64,000 bases of DNA from positions 174,344,001 to 174,408,000 of the forward strand of contig OZ024740.1 in assembly GCA_964016885.1 (NCBI GenBank), written 5' to 3'. Below, in pieces: positions 51,960 through 64,000 of the stretch. Origin of the DNA: Eledone cirrhosa. Its lineage: Eukaryota. Numbering within the stretch: the stretch's first letter is position 1; every line of letters begins with the position of its first letter. A program made the translations under genes and the position numbers. A model generated the notes under the pieces. It was not told the DNA's origin and made no database searches. It worked only from the letters and a program-made list of their open reading frames with translations.

Positions 51960-52770
51960 GATATTAATAAATGGAAACTATATTTATAAAACCATATTTA
52001 TTTCATTATATATATTTCAAGGATACCAAGTTACATTATGGTATGCCTTCATCAGACAAAATACAATATATAACAGTTTTATAAATAGACATTGACGTAC
52101 CCCTTTAAAAATTGACCGTTGCTTTTGGAGGCCATCAGGATAGTGATTTGTTTACTTTAGTAAGTCATAGTGTTAAGAGTAAGTAAAAAGATGGAGAGAG
52201 AGAAAGAAACGTGGAGAAAAGAAAGGGAGAGATAGATAAAGAAAAAGAAGAAAGCAAAAAGAAAAGAGAACAGAGGAAAAATAACAGGGAGATATCAAAC
52301 CATAAGACAGAGAGAAAAACCCAGAGAGAGATATATAGAGATAGAGAAAGGGGGGAGAGAACGAAAACCTTAAGTTATGTCATATTAAGTTGAGTTAACA
52401 ATTGGGATGAAAAGCATAAATAAAATTAGAAATATTAATATTCATGAATGAAATATAGATATATAATATGAGAAATTACACATTGTTTAATTATGATTAG
52501 ATATTTAGTTTAAAATTGAGATCAATATATTAAAAATTGGAATTTAAACATTATGAAATATATATATTGCTAGAGAGATTATCTATCGTATATTACATAC
52601 ACATAGGCAAAGGTACATAAATATATATATATACACACTCACTCAGAAAATACACACTATACCATTTATTAATATCGTATATCTACTCCAAATATTTGTC
52701 GAGTGCTTTATATCAGTTATAAAAATATTTGCTTGTTGTATCCCAACAATTTAAATAAAACTTTTGCATA
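51958..52770. mobile_element. PLE pLTR/3' UTR remnant (family B) with inverted tail; HHR at 52002-52060 (-)
   Basis: Homologous to 18018-18430. Reverse complement HHR: tttgt CTGATGA agg.atacca..tggtat cct t GAAA tatata TA atgaa. Confidence 0.75.
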
Positions 52771-52831
52771 TATATATACATACATATATATAAATACATA
52801 CATATATTTATATACATACATATATATATAC

Positions 52832-52904
<73 letters not shown>

Positions 52905-52911
52905 CACATAC

Positions 52912-52942
<31 letters not shown>

Positions 52943-52947
52943 CACAT

Positions 52948-52999
<52 letters not shown>

Positions 53000-53000
53000 G

Positions 53001-53060
<60 letters not shown>

Positions 53061-53385
53061 TATATATATATATATACACAGTTCAAGAGTAACCAATCTT
53101 AAAGAGAGAGATGGAGATAGGAGAGGAGATAGGAGAGGAGAAGAGAGATTGGTGAATTAGTTAGAAGCCAAAGTGTAAAGGCATGTGCTCAATGTGCAAT
53201 ATGCAGTAGAAAGCAGCTAGGTTGCTGGGTTCATGCAGAGGTTAGGTGCACAAACCTGGAAATATTCATTAGTTAAGCAAAACAAGACCACAAATTTCAC
53301 AAGGAAGACATTATTAAAAGATTGTCAACATATTTTAGTTTGATGTAAGGAATGTAGAGAATAATAATAATAATATTATTAGTAA

Positions 53386-53500
53386 TAATTGTTTCTACTT
53401 TTGACACAAGGCCAGAAATTACCCAGTGCATTACTGGTACTTTATTTTATCGACCTCGTAAGGATGAAAGGCAAAGTCAACCTCGACGGTATTTGAACAC
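53386..53500 (-). mobile_element. SINE family 2, 5'-truncated
   Basis: Matches the 3' half of 8798-8988. Confidence 0.75.
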
Positions 53501-53619
53501 AATATTATTAGTAATAATAATGTCCGTTTACAATTGTTTCGCTACTCCATATAATATTTCTGGATCAAATGATTATAGAACATTATTGATCTGGTTCAGT
53601 TGAAGATAATTAACTTAGG

Positions 53620-56470
53620 TAAAATTAGATCAGCTCATCTGAACTTCAAAAGGAATATAAATTAAAATAAGGAAAGAATGTTACATGAAAGTAATGTTCC
53701 ATATATTGGTATTTCACTATGTTGTCCTGGGTATATCTATTGTCTGCCATAGTCGAGCAGTATTCTTCTGTCGAGGCTGCATTGTGTGAGATCTGCCTTG
53801 GGTAACAAGATGGTCGCCAATGGACATATTTACTTTACTAATTAGAGGGTGGTTTCAGGGGCAGTAACTCCTCGAGAAATTAGAAATTGTGGGTAGTTTA
53901 TAGTTAAGAAGTGCTAATTTTTTTATTTTTTAATTGAGAGACAATGTAAGGGAGGTAACTTATAATTATCTAAGTTAGCTATAACTATTTAACTTATTAG
54001 CTACAAGTAAAAATGGGGCTAGATGACTATGTTGGGTCAAATATTCTGTAGGCGAAGGAATTAGCCCTTCGATGTTGAGAGTTAATAGTTACCTCCGTTC
54101 TATCGTTAATCGGTAGAGGTCGTGATAGAGTTGCGTAATATGCTTCGGTAAGACAGAGCTCACAAGAGTTTCTTCGTCCATTGAACGGTTGGGCCCTAAC
54201 CAAGATATCCCATGTTACTGAGTGTTCAATGTTGGTTAATTTAAGGTTTTTAATGAGCCTAGCTAGAGATGTCGAACATCTGTTGTTAGGGTCTCGGAAG
54301 GAAAAAGAGCGCGCGTTATAGTGTACCTTAAAAGGGTTAGAGGTAGAGCCGATATAGGAGCTGGTATGCGAAGCAGTTTTAACTGTGCACCTATAAACTA
54401 TATTGGGTCTCAGGCAATGTCCATTTAGTGGGCATGCATTAGGGTAATGGCAGTTGCAGTTACTTCTGCGGTTAGTGAGAGTAGGGTTGTTTAAACTAAG
54501 CGGTTGGTCAGTGCTAGAAGGATTAGATGGGGGAGGTGTGCTACTAGAGTAAGTATTGGTGTAGTGGCGTGGTGAATTTGATGGGGGTGGTGGTACCGCG
54601 GTGTGGGAGTTATACTGTCTTAGTTTATGATGGTTACTGAATGCTATGTGGATAGCTAGGTTAGGTGTTGTGGAGAATGAGATTTTAATATTGTTTTTAG
54701 TAAAGAGTTTGTAATATCTATGGTTGGGGGGGGGGGGGGGTGTTTAGATAGGATATAGAAGAAGCGTTTAGGGATATTACTGGCTAGATTAGATGAGAAT
54801 GGGGGGTTAAGCCAGGTGATATTTCTAGGCCTATTCCTTCTAAGGGTTCTAGTGGAGTTGGTAGGGGCCTTCATAGGGTTATTATTACCTGGGCATTTGT
54901 TATCTGTCATCCCATTGCTCATTCCTATTCTAGGGTTGATTTTTAGTTTGCTACTTGGAGTGGGAAGCAAGCCACTGCCACCATTAAGGTTCCCTGTATA
55001 GGTGCTGTTACTGCTAAAATTCCGGCGAATCTGGCTATATGCTAAGGTATTTCTAATTCTAGTGTTACGTTTATTATGGTTGTGGTGAAGTGCTGTGTTA
55101 TGGCATTTAGGTATGTAGTAAATGACTGTTCATAACCAGATTCAGAAAGAGCCTTATTATAATATGCCGCATGGTTTATAAATATCTCCTCATTTGCTGA
55201 TAGCATGGAGATCCTATACGAGATAGATTTGATTACTACTCTGATGACTGCCGGTGGGTGGTTAGAGTGTGGGCTAATATATGTAAGTATTTCACCTGGT
55301 TTATGATAAGGGTAATATAGGTTATTGTTAAGGTCTAGGGTAACGTCTAGGAAGTTTACTACTTTATGGTTCGGATCGATGGTGATAGAGAGACCGTTAT
55401 TTTTAAAGAATCTATGTAATTGTTTTTTGAGCAAGTCAATGCCTCGATTAGTGCAATTGTGGACTGCAAATAGGGCGTCGTCCCTATATATTCCGCCTTG
55501 CAAGGGTTGGATTTCAGCTCTGATAGGAAAATTCCAACTAAATCGGTGATTTGTGCAGTCACTTGAGCCCATAGTGATGTCAAAGTTGTCTGTTCTGTAT
55601 TTTCTAGTCCAGAGTGCTCCATTGAATTCAATGATGGTCTGCCTAGCCATAAGTATGATGTCAATCCCATTATTGGTTATGTCAGAGTTGTTGCTGGCTA
55701 GGGTTGCTGCTTTGTTGAGCAGTGTCGGGGTTATTGAAGCGTAAATGTCAATGTCAAATTGGAGGAACCTCATAGATTCCTTGGACCTTAGATCGGAGAA
55801 CCATCTAATGACTTGGCCGGTGTTGGACCACAGCTTGTAGGTGACATTATCTCGTAGCCCAGGGATCCTATCAAGGATGTTCTTACGGATACGACCTAAG
55901 TCGGATGTGGTTGGGCTTATAAGTCTAATAGAAGCGTTCTCTATAACGTTTGGCTTGTGATCCTTGAGAGAAAACGTTGGGGTTGTAGGTACATAAGGGT
56001 CGGTAAATCTATCCAGATGCAAGTCCTTAACCAAAGTCTGGGCTTTTCGGTTAAGTAAGTTTACACTGGAGGGTATAGTTTTTTTTATAGTTTTTATTAA
56101 GTTCCTTAAGAAGGAAAGAGTTGTAAGTTTCAGGAGTCATGGTGTATAGATGTTTAGTTTTGTCAGACATAACATGTAAGAGGTGGCTATCTTTAAATCT
56201 TTTTATAGTTGTTGCTAATTGTGTGAGGAAATTATTATTGTGTCTATAATGCTTTTTGAATTTAATGCTCCTGACGAAGTTAAATAGATCTTTCTCAAAA
56301 GGGTCCAGCAGGATGTTGTGTGGAGGGTTCTTGCAGGTGGTAAATCCATATCTGTTTGCTGTACTTACGACGTCAGCAGCACCCGCACGGTCGAAGTGGA
56401 AGGCCTTCCATCGTATTCTTCGGATGAAAGAGTTGACACTCTGTATTAGGAGTTTGAGGTATGTCTTCCT
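53620..56470 (-). mobile_element. Long degenerate Nematis-like Penelope element
   Basis: FSLKDHKPN....RLISPT.SDLG, FLQFDI, TMGSSD, GIYRDDAL, NFLDVTL, SNHPP, WLNPPFS and CNC...CPL. The 3' boundary is approximate. Confidence 0.85.
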
Positions 56471-56591
56471 GTCCGGAAAAGCAGGGCATGCAATCCAATC
56501 GCCATGGCGGAAAGTGGGCTGTGCAGTCTTACTCCCCCTCCCCCAATTCCCTCTAAATGAGCCTCCTGGTCAAAGCCGCATGTAGTGTTAT

Positions 56592-56965
<374 letters not shown>

Positions 56966-57042
56966 TTCAACCGACGCAATTGATCAACTCAAGATTCTAT
57001 AACGCATGCATTGCATGCGTTGCATGCACGGACCCTTCGCCC

Positions 57043-57125
<83 letters not shown>

Positions 57126-57129
<4 letters not shown>

Positions 57130-57470
57130 AAATAAAACAAGAACGATTGCTTACTCCTTCATTACGTTTATTGGTTGTAATCCACGGCTGGTCAGACCCC
57201 TTATAATGGTATAAGATTATCATTATAAGGGGTCTGACGAGCCGTGGATTACAGAGTCGGGATAGATCGATACAGCTCGAACCATGAGTTGATCAGTGGC
57301 GAAACACGCGTCACCAACTAATTAACGCAATGAAGGAGTAACCACTCGTCCTTGTTTTATTTTACTATAATACACTCTGTCTAGCTCTACACCTCGACAC
57401 AGAAGTGAACCTAAACATCGAGTGCTCACCCAGGTGAACCTACATTAACTCCAAGTTAGACTCCCTGGAT
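57126..57470 (+). mobile_element. Fold-back solo pLTR-like HHR unit
   Basis: 57126-57208 is the reverse complement of 57220-57366 with an internal ~60-nt deletion. Flanked by (TA)n. Confidence 0.75.
57231..57315 (+). ncRNA. Type I hammerhead with a long stem II insert
   Basis: ggt CTGACGA gcc..ggc GAAA cacgcg TC acc. Confidence 0.7.
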
Positions 57471-57477
57471 ATATATA

Positions 57478-57527
<50 letters not shown>

Positions 57528-58464
57528 CGTGCGTGTGTGTGTGTGTGTGCGTGCGTGTGCGTGTGCGTGCGCGCGTGTGTGTGTATGTGCGTGTGTGCCT
57601 GTGTGCCTGTGTGCTTGCGTATGTGTGTGGGTGCGTGCATGCATGGGTGCGTGGGTGCGTGCGCGCGCGCGTGTGTGTGTGCGCTCGCGCGCAATATGTT
57701 CTTTATTCAATTATAGATTATTCTGAAACCAATATGGAATTGGAAATTGAACTTTATTCAACAGCATAATTTACAAATAGTTAATGACTGTAATATGTTC
57801 TTTAAGATAGGCCCCCAGTGAATTGGCCTAATCTCACACTCTCGCGTTAAGGATAGGGAGGCATTTTGAATCGTTTATAATTTTGTAATTGGTGAGCATC
57901 AGAAGATGTCACTCATGCGCACTGACATTTTACCTAAATGCTCACGGAAATGTAAATTTAAGTCGCCTATTCCTGTTCATGCATAGCTGTCAATACGCCA
58001 AAAGTATGAAAACGAAATATATGCTATTTAGAAGCCTCTGTGCGATTGTTTGTTCTCTTAGAAATCATAACAAATCCGCGTGAAATCTTTAAACGGTTTA
58101 ATACAGATTAGACACTGTTGTCTCAAATAAGTAAACTCTACCATATTGAAAGCTCTCTTTCTCATTTCTTTTCTAAATGTAAACGAAGTGTCGGGTAACA
58201 TACTCTGTGATATTGGTTCCCTGCGAGCTGAGTTCAAATCCCGTTGAAGTCAAATTTCCCTTTTATCCGTTTGAGTTCAACAAAGAAAGCAGCCTTCCAC
58301 AGCTGAGATCGTCGCTATAGTTTCCAACTGTTGCATCCTGGATACTCTGCTGGGTCATGGCTGAAAGGGTCGAGTGGGTGTCTGAGTTTGTTCACGGCAT
58401 CTAAAACCACAAGTGAAAGCGTGGCGATGATACTTGATAGTGAGTGATGAAGATATTAAATATA

Positions 58465-58790
58465 TGGCTTAGTGTTTAGAGCATTGAATTCAAAATCGCG
58501 AGATTCGAGTTCGATTCTTGGGCCGGGTGATGCGTTGTGTTCTTGAGCAAGGTATTTTATTTCACGTTGCTCCAATTCATTCAGATGTAGAAATGAGTTG
58601 CGATCTCACTATGTTGGCCTTAGCCTTTTCCTTGGACAACATCGGTGTCGTCGAGAGGGGAGATTGGTATGCATGGGCGACTACTGGTCTTCCACAATCA
58701 AAAAGAAAAATGCACCTTGCCAGGACTTGTTCCTAGCAGGGAAACTTTCTAGGTGCAAATCCCATGGTCATTCATGACTGAAGTGGGTTT
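58465..58790 (+). mobile_element. tRNA-derived SINE, family 1
   Basis: tggcttagtgtt, gagttcgattct and the CORE-like block. Homologous to 7887-8192. Confidence 0.75.
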
Positions 58791-58814
58791 TCATATATAT
58801 GCACGCACACACAT

Positions 58815-58920
<106 letters not shown>

Positions 58921-58936
58921 CCCCACACACCCACAT

Positions 58937-58967
<31 letters not shown>

Positions 58968-59351
58968 AATTCAGCGAGAATCGCATTTTGGCGGGTAGAA
59001 AAAGCGAAACGAAACGCAAAAATCAGAATTATACTGGCAAGCACTCCATAGTTAAAAAAAAAACAGAGCTAAACAATATGTTAAAACGCCATACAAAACT
59101 GAAAAAGTGGTCAAGAAAGCATCAACCACCTAAGCCAAAACGCAAATCAAGCTAAACAGGTCAAAACAAAATAAATGATTTTAAAAAAATAGACCTGGAC
59201 CCATTAGAATTGATGGCAAAATCCAAATGCAGGGTTTCTATGACACCTGAATCAATAATACTGTCTGCTTAAAACTATAAGCTTTAGGTATAATTATCGA
59301 ACAAGGATTATCACGTTATCAACAGGAATTTTGCTCTGTACCAAAAATTAG

Positions 59352-59396
<45 letters not shown>

Positions 59397-59401
<5 letters not shown>

Positions 59402-59850
59402 GAAATGACAGGAGGCTGGATTTGTGTAAATCCTTGAAAGGTTTATTATACTATGATCATTTCAATGACCGGGTTCCGTATAAATCCGGTGATATCATCA
59501 GATATTCGAAATATAATACGTGAATGTAATAGATAAAATCCATGGGGCTGAAAATCGAGGACCATGGATTTTATCTATTACATTCACGTATTATATTTCG
59601 AATACCTGATGATATCACCGGATTCATACGGAACCCGGTCATTGAAATGATCATAGTATAATAAACCTTTCAAGGATTTACACAAATCCAGCCTCCTGTC
59701 ATTTCATTATAATATTTAACTCCATAATAGCACCACCAACTACAAAAACAAAGACGGTTGAACTGCTTTACGTTGAGTACTCTCTATATTATTACATTAC
59801 GATTGACCATACGGAATAGACCAGCTCTATACAGTGGTGAACCTCAAACC

Positions 59851-59853
<3 letters not shown>
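59397..59853 (+). mobile_element. Fold-back solo pLTR-like HHR unit
   Basis: 59397-59545 is the reverse complement of 59562-59710, plus a ~140-bp tail. (TA)n on both sides. Confidence 0.8.
59602..59659 (+). ncRNA. Type I hammerhead motif (inverted copy at 59448-59505)
   Basis: atac CTGATGA tatc accgg..ccggt catt GAAA tgatca TA gtat. Confidence 0.8.
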
Positions 59854-59919
<66 letters not shown>

Positions 59920-61703
59920 TGTATATATATTTATATGTATGTATGCGTGGGTGTGTTCGCCATATATTTGTGCAAAATAAACAATCTGAATTGAATACCT
60001 CTTCGTTACGAATTATATCTTTTGATTTTAAAAGTTGAACGAAATATATGTATTAAAGACAATGTAGTCGTGGATACATTATACCTAAAATAAAGACCCC
60101 GTGGTTACAGTTTAAACATGTTGTCTTTAATACAACGCCACATCAAATCGGGGCTGACCTTGAGCTAAACATTAGCAACAATAACAGAGTCACTTTCTTC
60201 ACAAGTGAATATCTTAACCGATATTTATTCCAGCTTGACTGAGCCACGAACTTAAATATTGTCCTCTATACACAAGTGCATACATGCACAGTCTAATATA
60301 TTTCACATACACACATATATACACACAGATGCACGTACACACACATACATACACACACATGCACGCACACGCACAAACATAAGCATTGTGGAGTGACATC
60401 TTGACAGTTTAGCCTTTGATTCCACTTATAAGCTACAATTTAGACTACTAATGTATCAATATAACCTAATATTCATTATCATTAGATTAACCTTGTATAT
60501 TAGGATGTTTGTCCTCCTTGCTTGATGACCTAAATATCATTCACATGTCCTTGCAAACAAAGCATTTGATTTTTCTCTAGCACAATAATGTTTTATAGTC
60601 ATGCTCCGTATATACTCCCACGCTACAACCGGACTTTTTATTAACACATGTAGTTGACATTCTCTATACCAAAATATACCTCACCATGCTGTCACATTAA
60701 TATGACACCACATCAACTGAATATCATTCAACTCCATAGTGAAATGTATATTGTAATGTTTGCAGTCCTATCAATTAAATACAACGGTGTTAACACACTT
60801 GAATGTTATAGCTAATACATTAAGAGACTGTCTCATTATTAGCCTAACGACCTGAGTTCAAATTCTATCTAAGCCAACTTTCTGGGGTTTTGTGTTTTTC
60901 GTTCAAATCCTCCTAAAATCCACCGTCCGCTTCAACATAACTACTCCGGCCTTTGGGTGACTTTCGCGAAGTCTACAAGCATTCAGGCCAAGTTGCCGTT
61001 TTGAGGCTCACGACAAGAGTCACGAGACTACATTTTCCTCCTGACTAAGCGATAAATGAAACACTTGGCCTTATGCTATGCCGTGGATAAAAGTTTTCCT
61101 GGTTAATCAGCTTGGATTCAAATTTATATATAATTCCAGGTAGGGCTTATTACTATATGTATAAGCAGCGGGAATACATCTGTATATTTAATGAGTAAGT
61201 CAGCTTTAATGCAATACAAAATCATCTTACAGTGCTCTTATTAAAGATTTGGCCTGGAGAGGGTTGTTGCTCCGCATGGTTTAAAGTACCCAAGAAACGC
61301 CATATGCCAATACGACGCCCCTATGATTCCATCACTAGTTAGAGTACCATACCATTTAAGATTTGGACGATTATAGAAAGAACTAACACACCAGCTCTTT
61401 TGCAAACATTTCTATCATTAGGAAGCGTAAAATATTTCTGTACAAATAAATATATATGACAACATTTTCCTTTCTGTATGCTTGGCCACGTCTCTAGAGT
61501 AAAGGTGAAATCTATTAATTTAATTACTGGAAGAATCAATTGAGTAGACTATGCAACTAAGTGTTGAGGGAATGGCCGCGTGCCTGACCTATTATAAAGC
61601 AAGTAACTAAATAGTGATTTTAAACCTGTTGAAGTGTTACTGATAATGGGACACTTATGATAAAGTACCAGTCGATTCCGGGTCGATTATTCTCCCCCCC
61701 CCC

Positions 61704-61804
<101 letters not shown>

Positions 61805-62909
61805 GTGCGTGTGTGAATCAGCTACTCTACACCGTCAGAATGATTGTGGAAGCCCTCTCATAACTCATTTTTTTTTCCATAAAAGGTTTAAGCAAGAGTC
61901 TAGTAACCCCTTCCCGTAGAAAAAGCTGATATGCTACTGTAACCATCAAAGGCCGGTGTGCAGTATAGCTCGGAACGGGAATGAAGATCAAATATGTTGG
62001 ATATTCACTGCTTTTTGCCACACATTGTACATTATGAAAATCTAGTTGTGTTCTGTTGTATTTTTTTTTCCATCTGTATATAAACTGAGGTAATTTGTTC
62101 TGAAAGTAAGTTCGTATAGACAATTCAAAGAATTTGCAATATTTATAACATTAGAAATGTTTTGCGTCTATCTGCAAGAGAATGCTATAGATCGCACATC
62201 ACAGTTTGCAACTGGGTGAACCAGAAATGGGTATTTAATGTATCCTGTTTCTCTAAGTTAGTGGTATATAAAATAACTAGTACTTCTTTCGATAGTATTG
62301 CGAGGAATTATAAAAGCCTTACGAAAATCAACTTCAAGATTAGATACAACCAGTAAGTACATTCATTCAGATACAAAGACAGACTTATTTCACGTTCCTA
62401 TATAGATGTGCCTGGAAATTAAGAAACAATGGCATAGCAAACGTTCTAATTAACTGGAATATTTTCGATCCCACTCACCCTATTCCGTGCATCTACAGAG
62501 CAAGTAACTGCACTTTCTGTATATCCGAGAAATTCCCTATTTTGAAATAGTCAGCAATATCGTTGAATAGGAAATCCGAGATCTTTTCCTTTAGTCATGA
62601 TATGTTTACTATTTTCAAATCTAAGTATGATATCTCCTGCCGCATGTCACAGGCCATTCATAATAGTGATTCGCTGATAACTCGCACGAACGTACTCTCT
62701 ACTATCAATAGTATACGCTACAGCCAGTCCCTTGACTGCCGTTCTTCATTAGCAGATATTAACTCTACCAATACATCTTTTTGTCACTTGATGTTAGCAC
62801 GTCGTGAGAAACTAAGTGCCGAAGAGCCAAAAATAATTTTAAGTTGTTTTCAAATAAATTAACTACATGCATGCACTTAGCACGCTTTTCCGCATTTTTA
62901 ACCTCAAAC

Positions 62910-62973
<64 letters not shown>

Positions 62974-62975
<2 letters not shown>

Positions 62976-63402
62976 TAGGATTGGTGCTCTGAAATTGTGA
63001 TGTATACATGAATGTATAGTATATTTGGTGATATACTGTATGTTTAATTAAAAACATTTTGAAAACCTTGCGCTATTATTTTAAAGTAGTGACTATGTCA
63101 CTTACTTCTTTTTTCAGCAAAGGAAGGGAGATAAGCTGACAGATCTGTTTCACACTGTTGGCGTTCATGAGAGCCGAGTACTCGCCGACCTCTGCCGAAA
63201 ATTATAGAGGCTGGATTCTTATAGAATTCCAGTAATAATCAGGAACTGATTTTACAGAGCGATTTCCGGTCCAGCAAAAATAAAAAATTAGGATTGGTGC
63301 TCTGAAATAGCGATGTATACATGAATGTATGTATAGTATATTTGGTGATGTACTGTACGTTTAATTAAACACATTTTGAAGACCTTGCGCTATTATTTTA
63401 AA
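62974..63402 (-). mobile_element. Retrozyme-like family A, 1.35 monomers (period 313 nt)
   Basis: 62974-63085 is repeated at 63287-63402. Homologous to 6178-6509 and 39021-39404. Confidence 0.8.
63134..63175 (-). ncRNA. Hammerhead motif (core mutated to CUCAUGA)
   Basis: Reverse complement: ggct CTCATGA acgc-caaca-gtgt GAAA cagatctg TC agct. Confidence 0.65.
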
Positions 63403-64000
63403 CGTCTCTAACTCGAGTCAATTTCCTGGACGTTAACCTCAATCTCGAAAATGATCTGTACTACCCATACAGGATACCAAATGACAACCTTCACTACATC
63501 CACCGCCGCTCTAACCATCCTAGAAACATCACCAATAACCTGGTTAAAAAAATCTCCCTCCGCATATCTCGTTTGTCCGCTAATGAGCAGATATTCGATG
63601 AACATGCGCCTCGTTACAACCAGGCCCTCAAGCGAAGCAGCTTTCGGGAGGAAATCTCCTTTTATCCAGCTTCCCTTAGCGGGACCAGCAGGCGACGCTG
63701 CCGCTCACGCCACGTAACGTGGTTCAACCCTCCCCACAATGCCGAGGTGGCAACACCAATCGGGAAAATCTTCTTAAAGCTCATCGAAAAACACTTCCAC
63801 CAAAACACCGCTACGACAACATAATCAACAAAAACACTATCAAACTCTCCCACAGCACCACACTCAAATTCGCACAAAACATCGCCTCCTCAAACAACAA
63901 GAAACTCAACTCCTACGGAAGAAACAACCTAGACATTAGTGGAGAGCCGACCAGGTGGTGTAACTGCCCTGATATATCTACGTGCCCCCTCAACAACAGA
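63403..64000 (+). mobile_element. 5'-truncated Nematis-like Penelope element, runs off the window
   Basis: VNFLDVNLNL...YYPYR, SNHP, LSANEQIF, WFNPP, KHF and CNCP...CPL. Confidence 0.85.

Noticed and set aside
62160-62860. Possible degenerate minus-strand LINE RT (VDFRKAF-like string)
   Set aside because: Only one short motif was seen and the frames are closed.

Overview
Eukaryotic (animal) DNA, AT-rich and saturated with repeats. The SINE families and the density of (TA)n/(CA)n/(GA)n tracts suggest an octopus or other cephalopod (inference). No host protein-coding gene is recognisable. Contents: (i) L1/Tx1-clade LINEs: one degenerate full-length copy, one with a tandemly repeated 3' end, and one young 5'-truncated copy with an open 896-aa ORF2 and a 16-bp TSD. 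(ii) Many Penelope-like elements (PLEs): Nematis-like fragments and one near-intact Neptune-like element with ~433-bp pseudo-LTRs. Its RT ORF is reached from an upstream ORF by an apparent -1 frameshift at U_UUU_UUA. (iii) RTE and CRE LINE fragments and two tRNA-derived SINE families. (iv) Roughly 15-20 type I hammerhead-ribozyme (HHR) motifs, mostly in non-coding units inserted into (TA)n as fold-back or partial-tandem structures. One non-coding 313-323-nt HHR unit occurs at three loci as a circularly permuted head-to-tail repeat (retrozyme / circular-RNA-like), and twice it is fused directly to a coding PLE. All motifs were identified by eye; nothing was folded or searched computationally.
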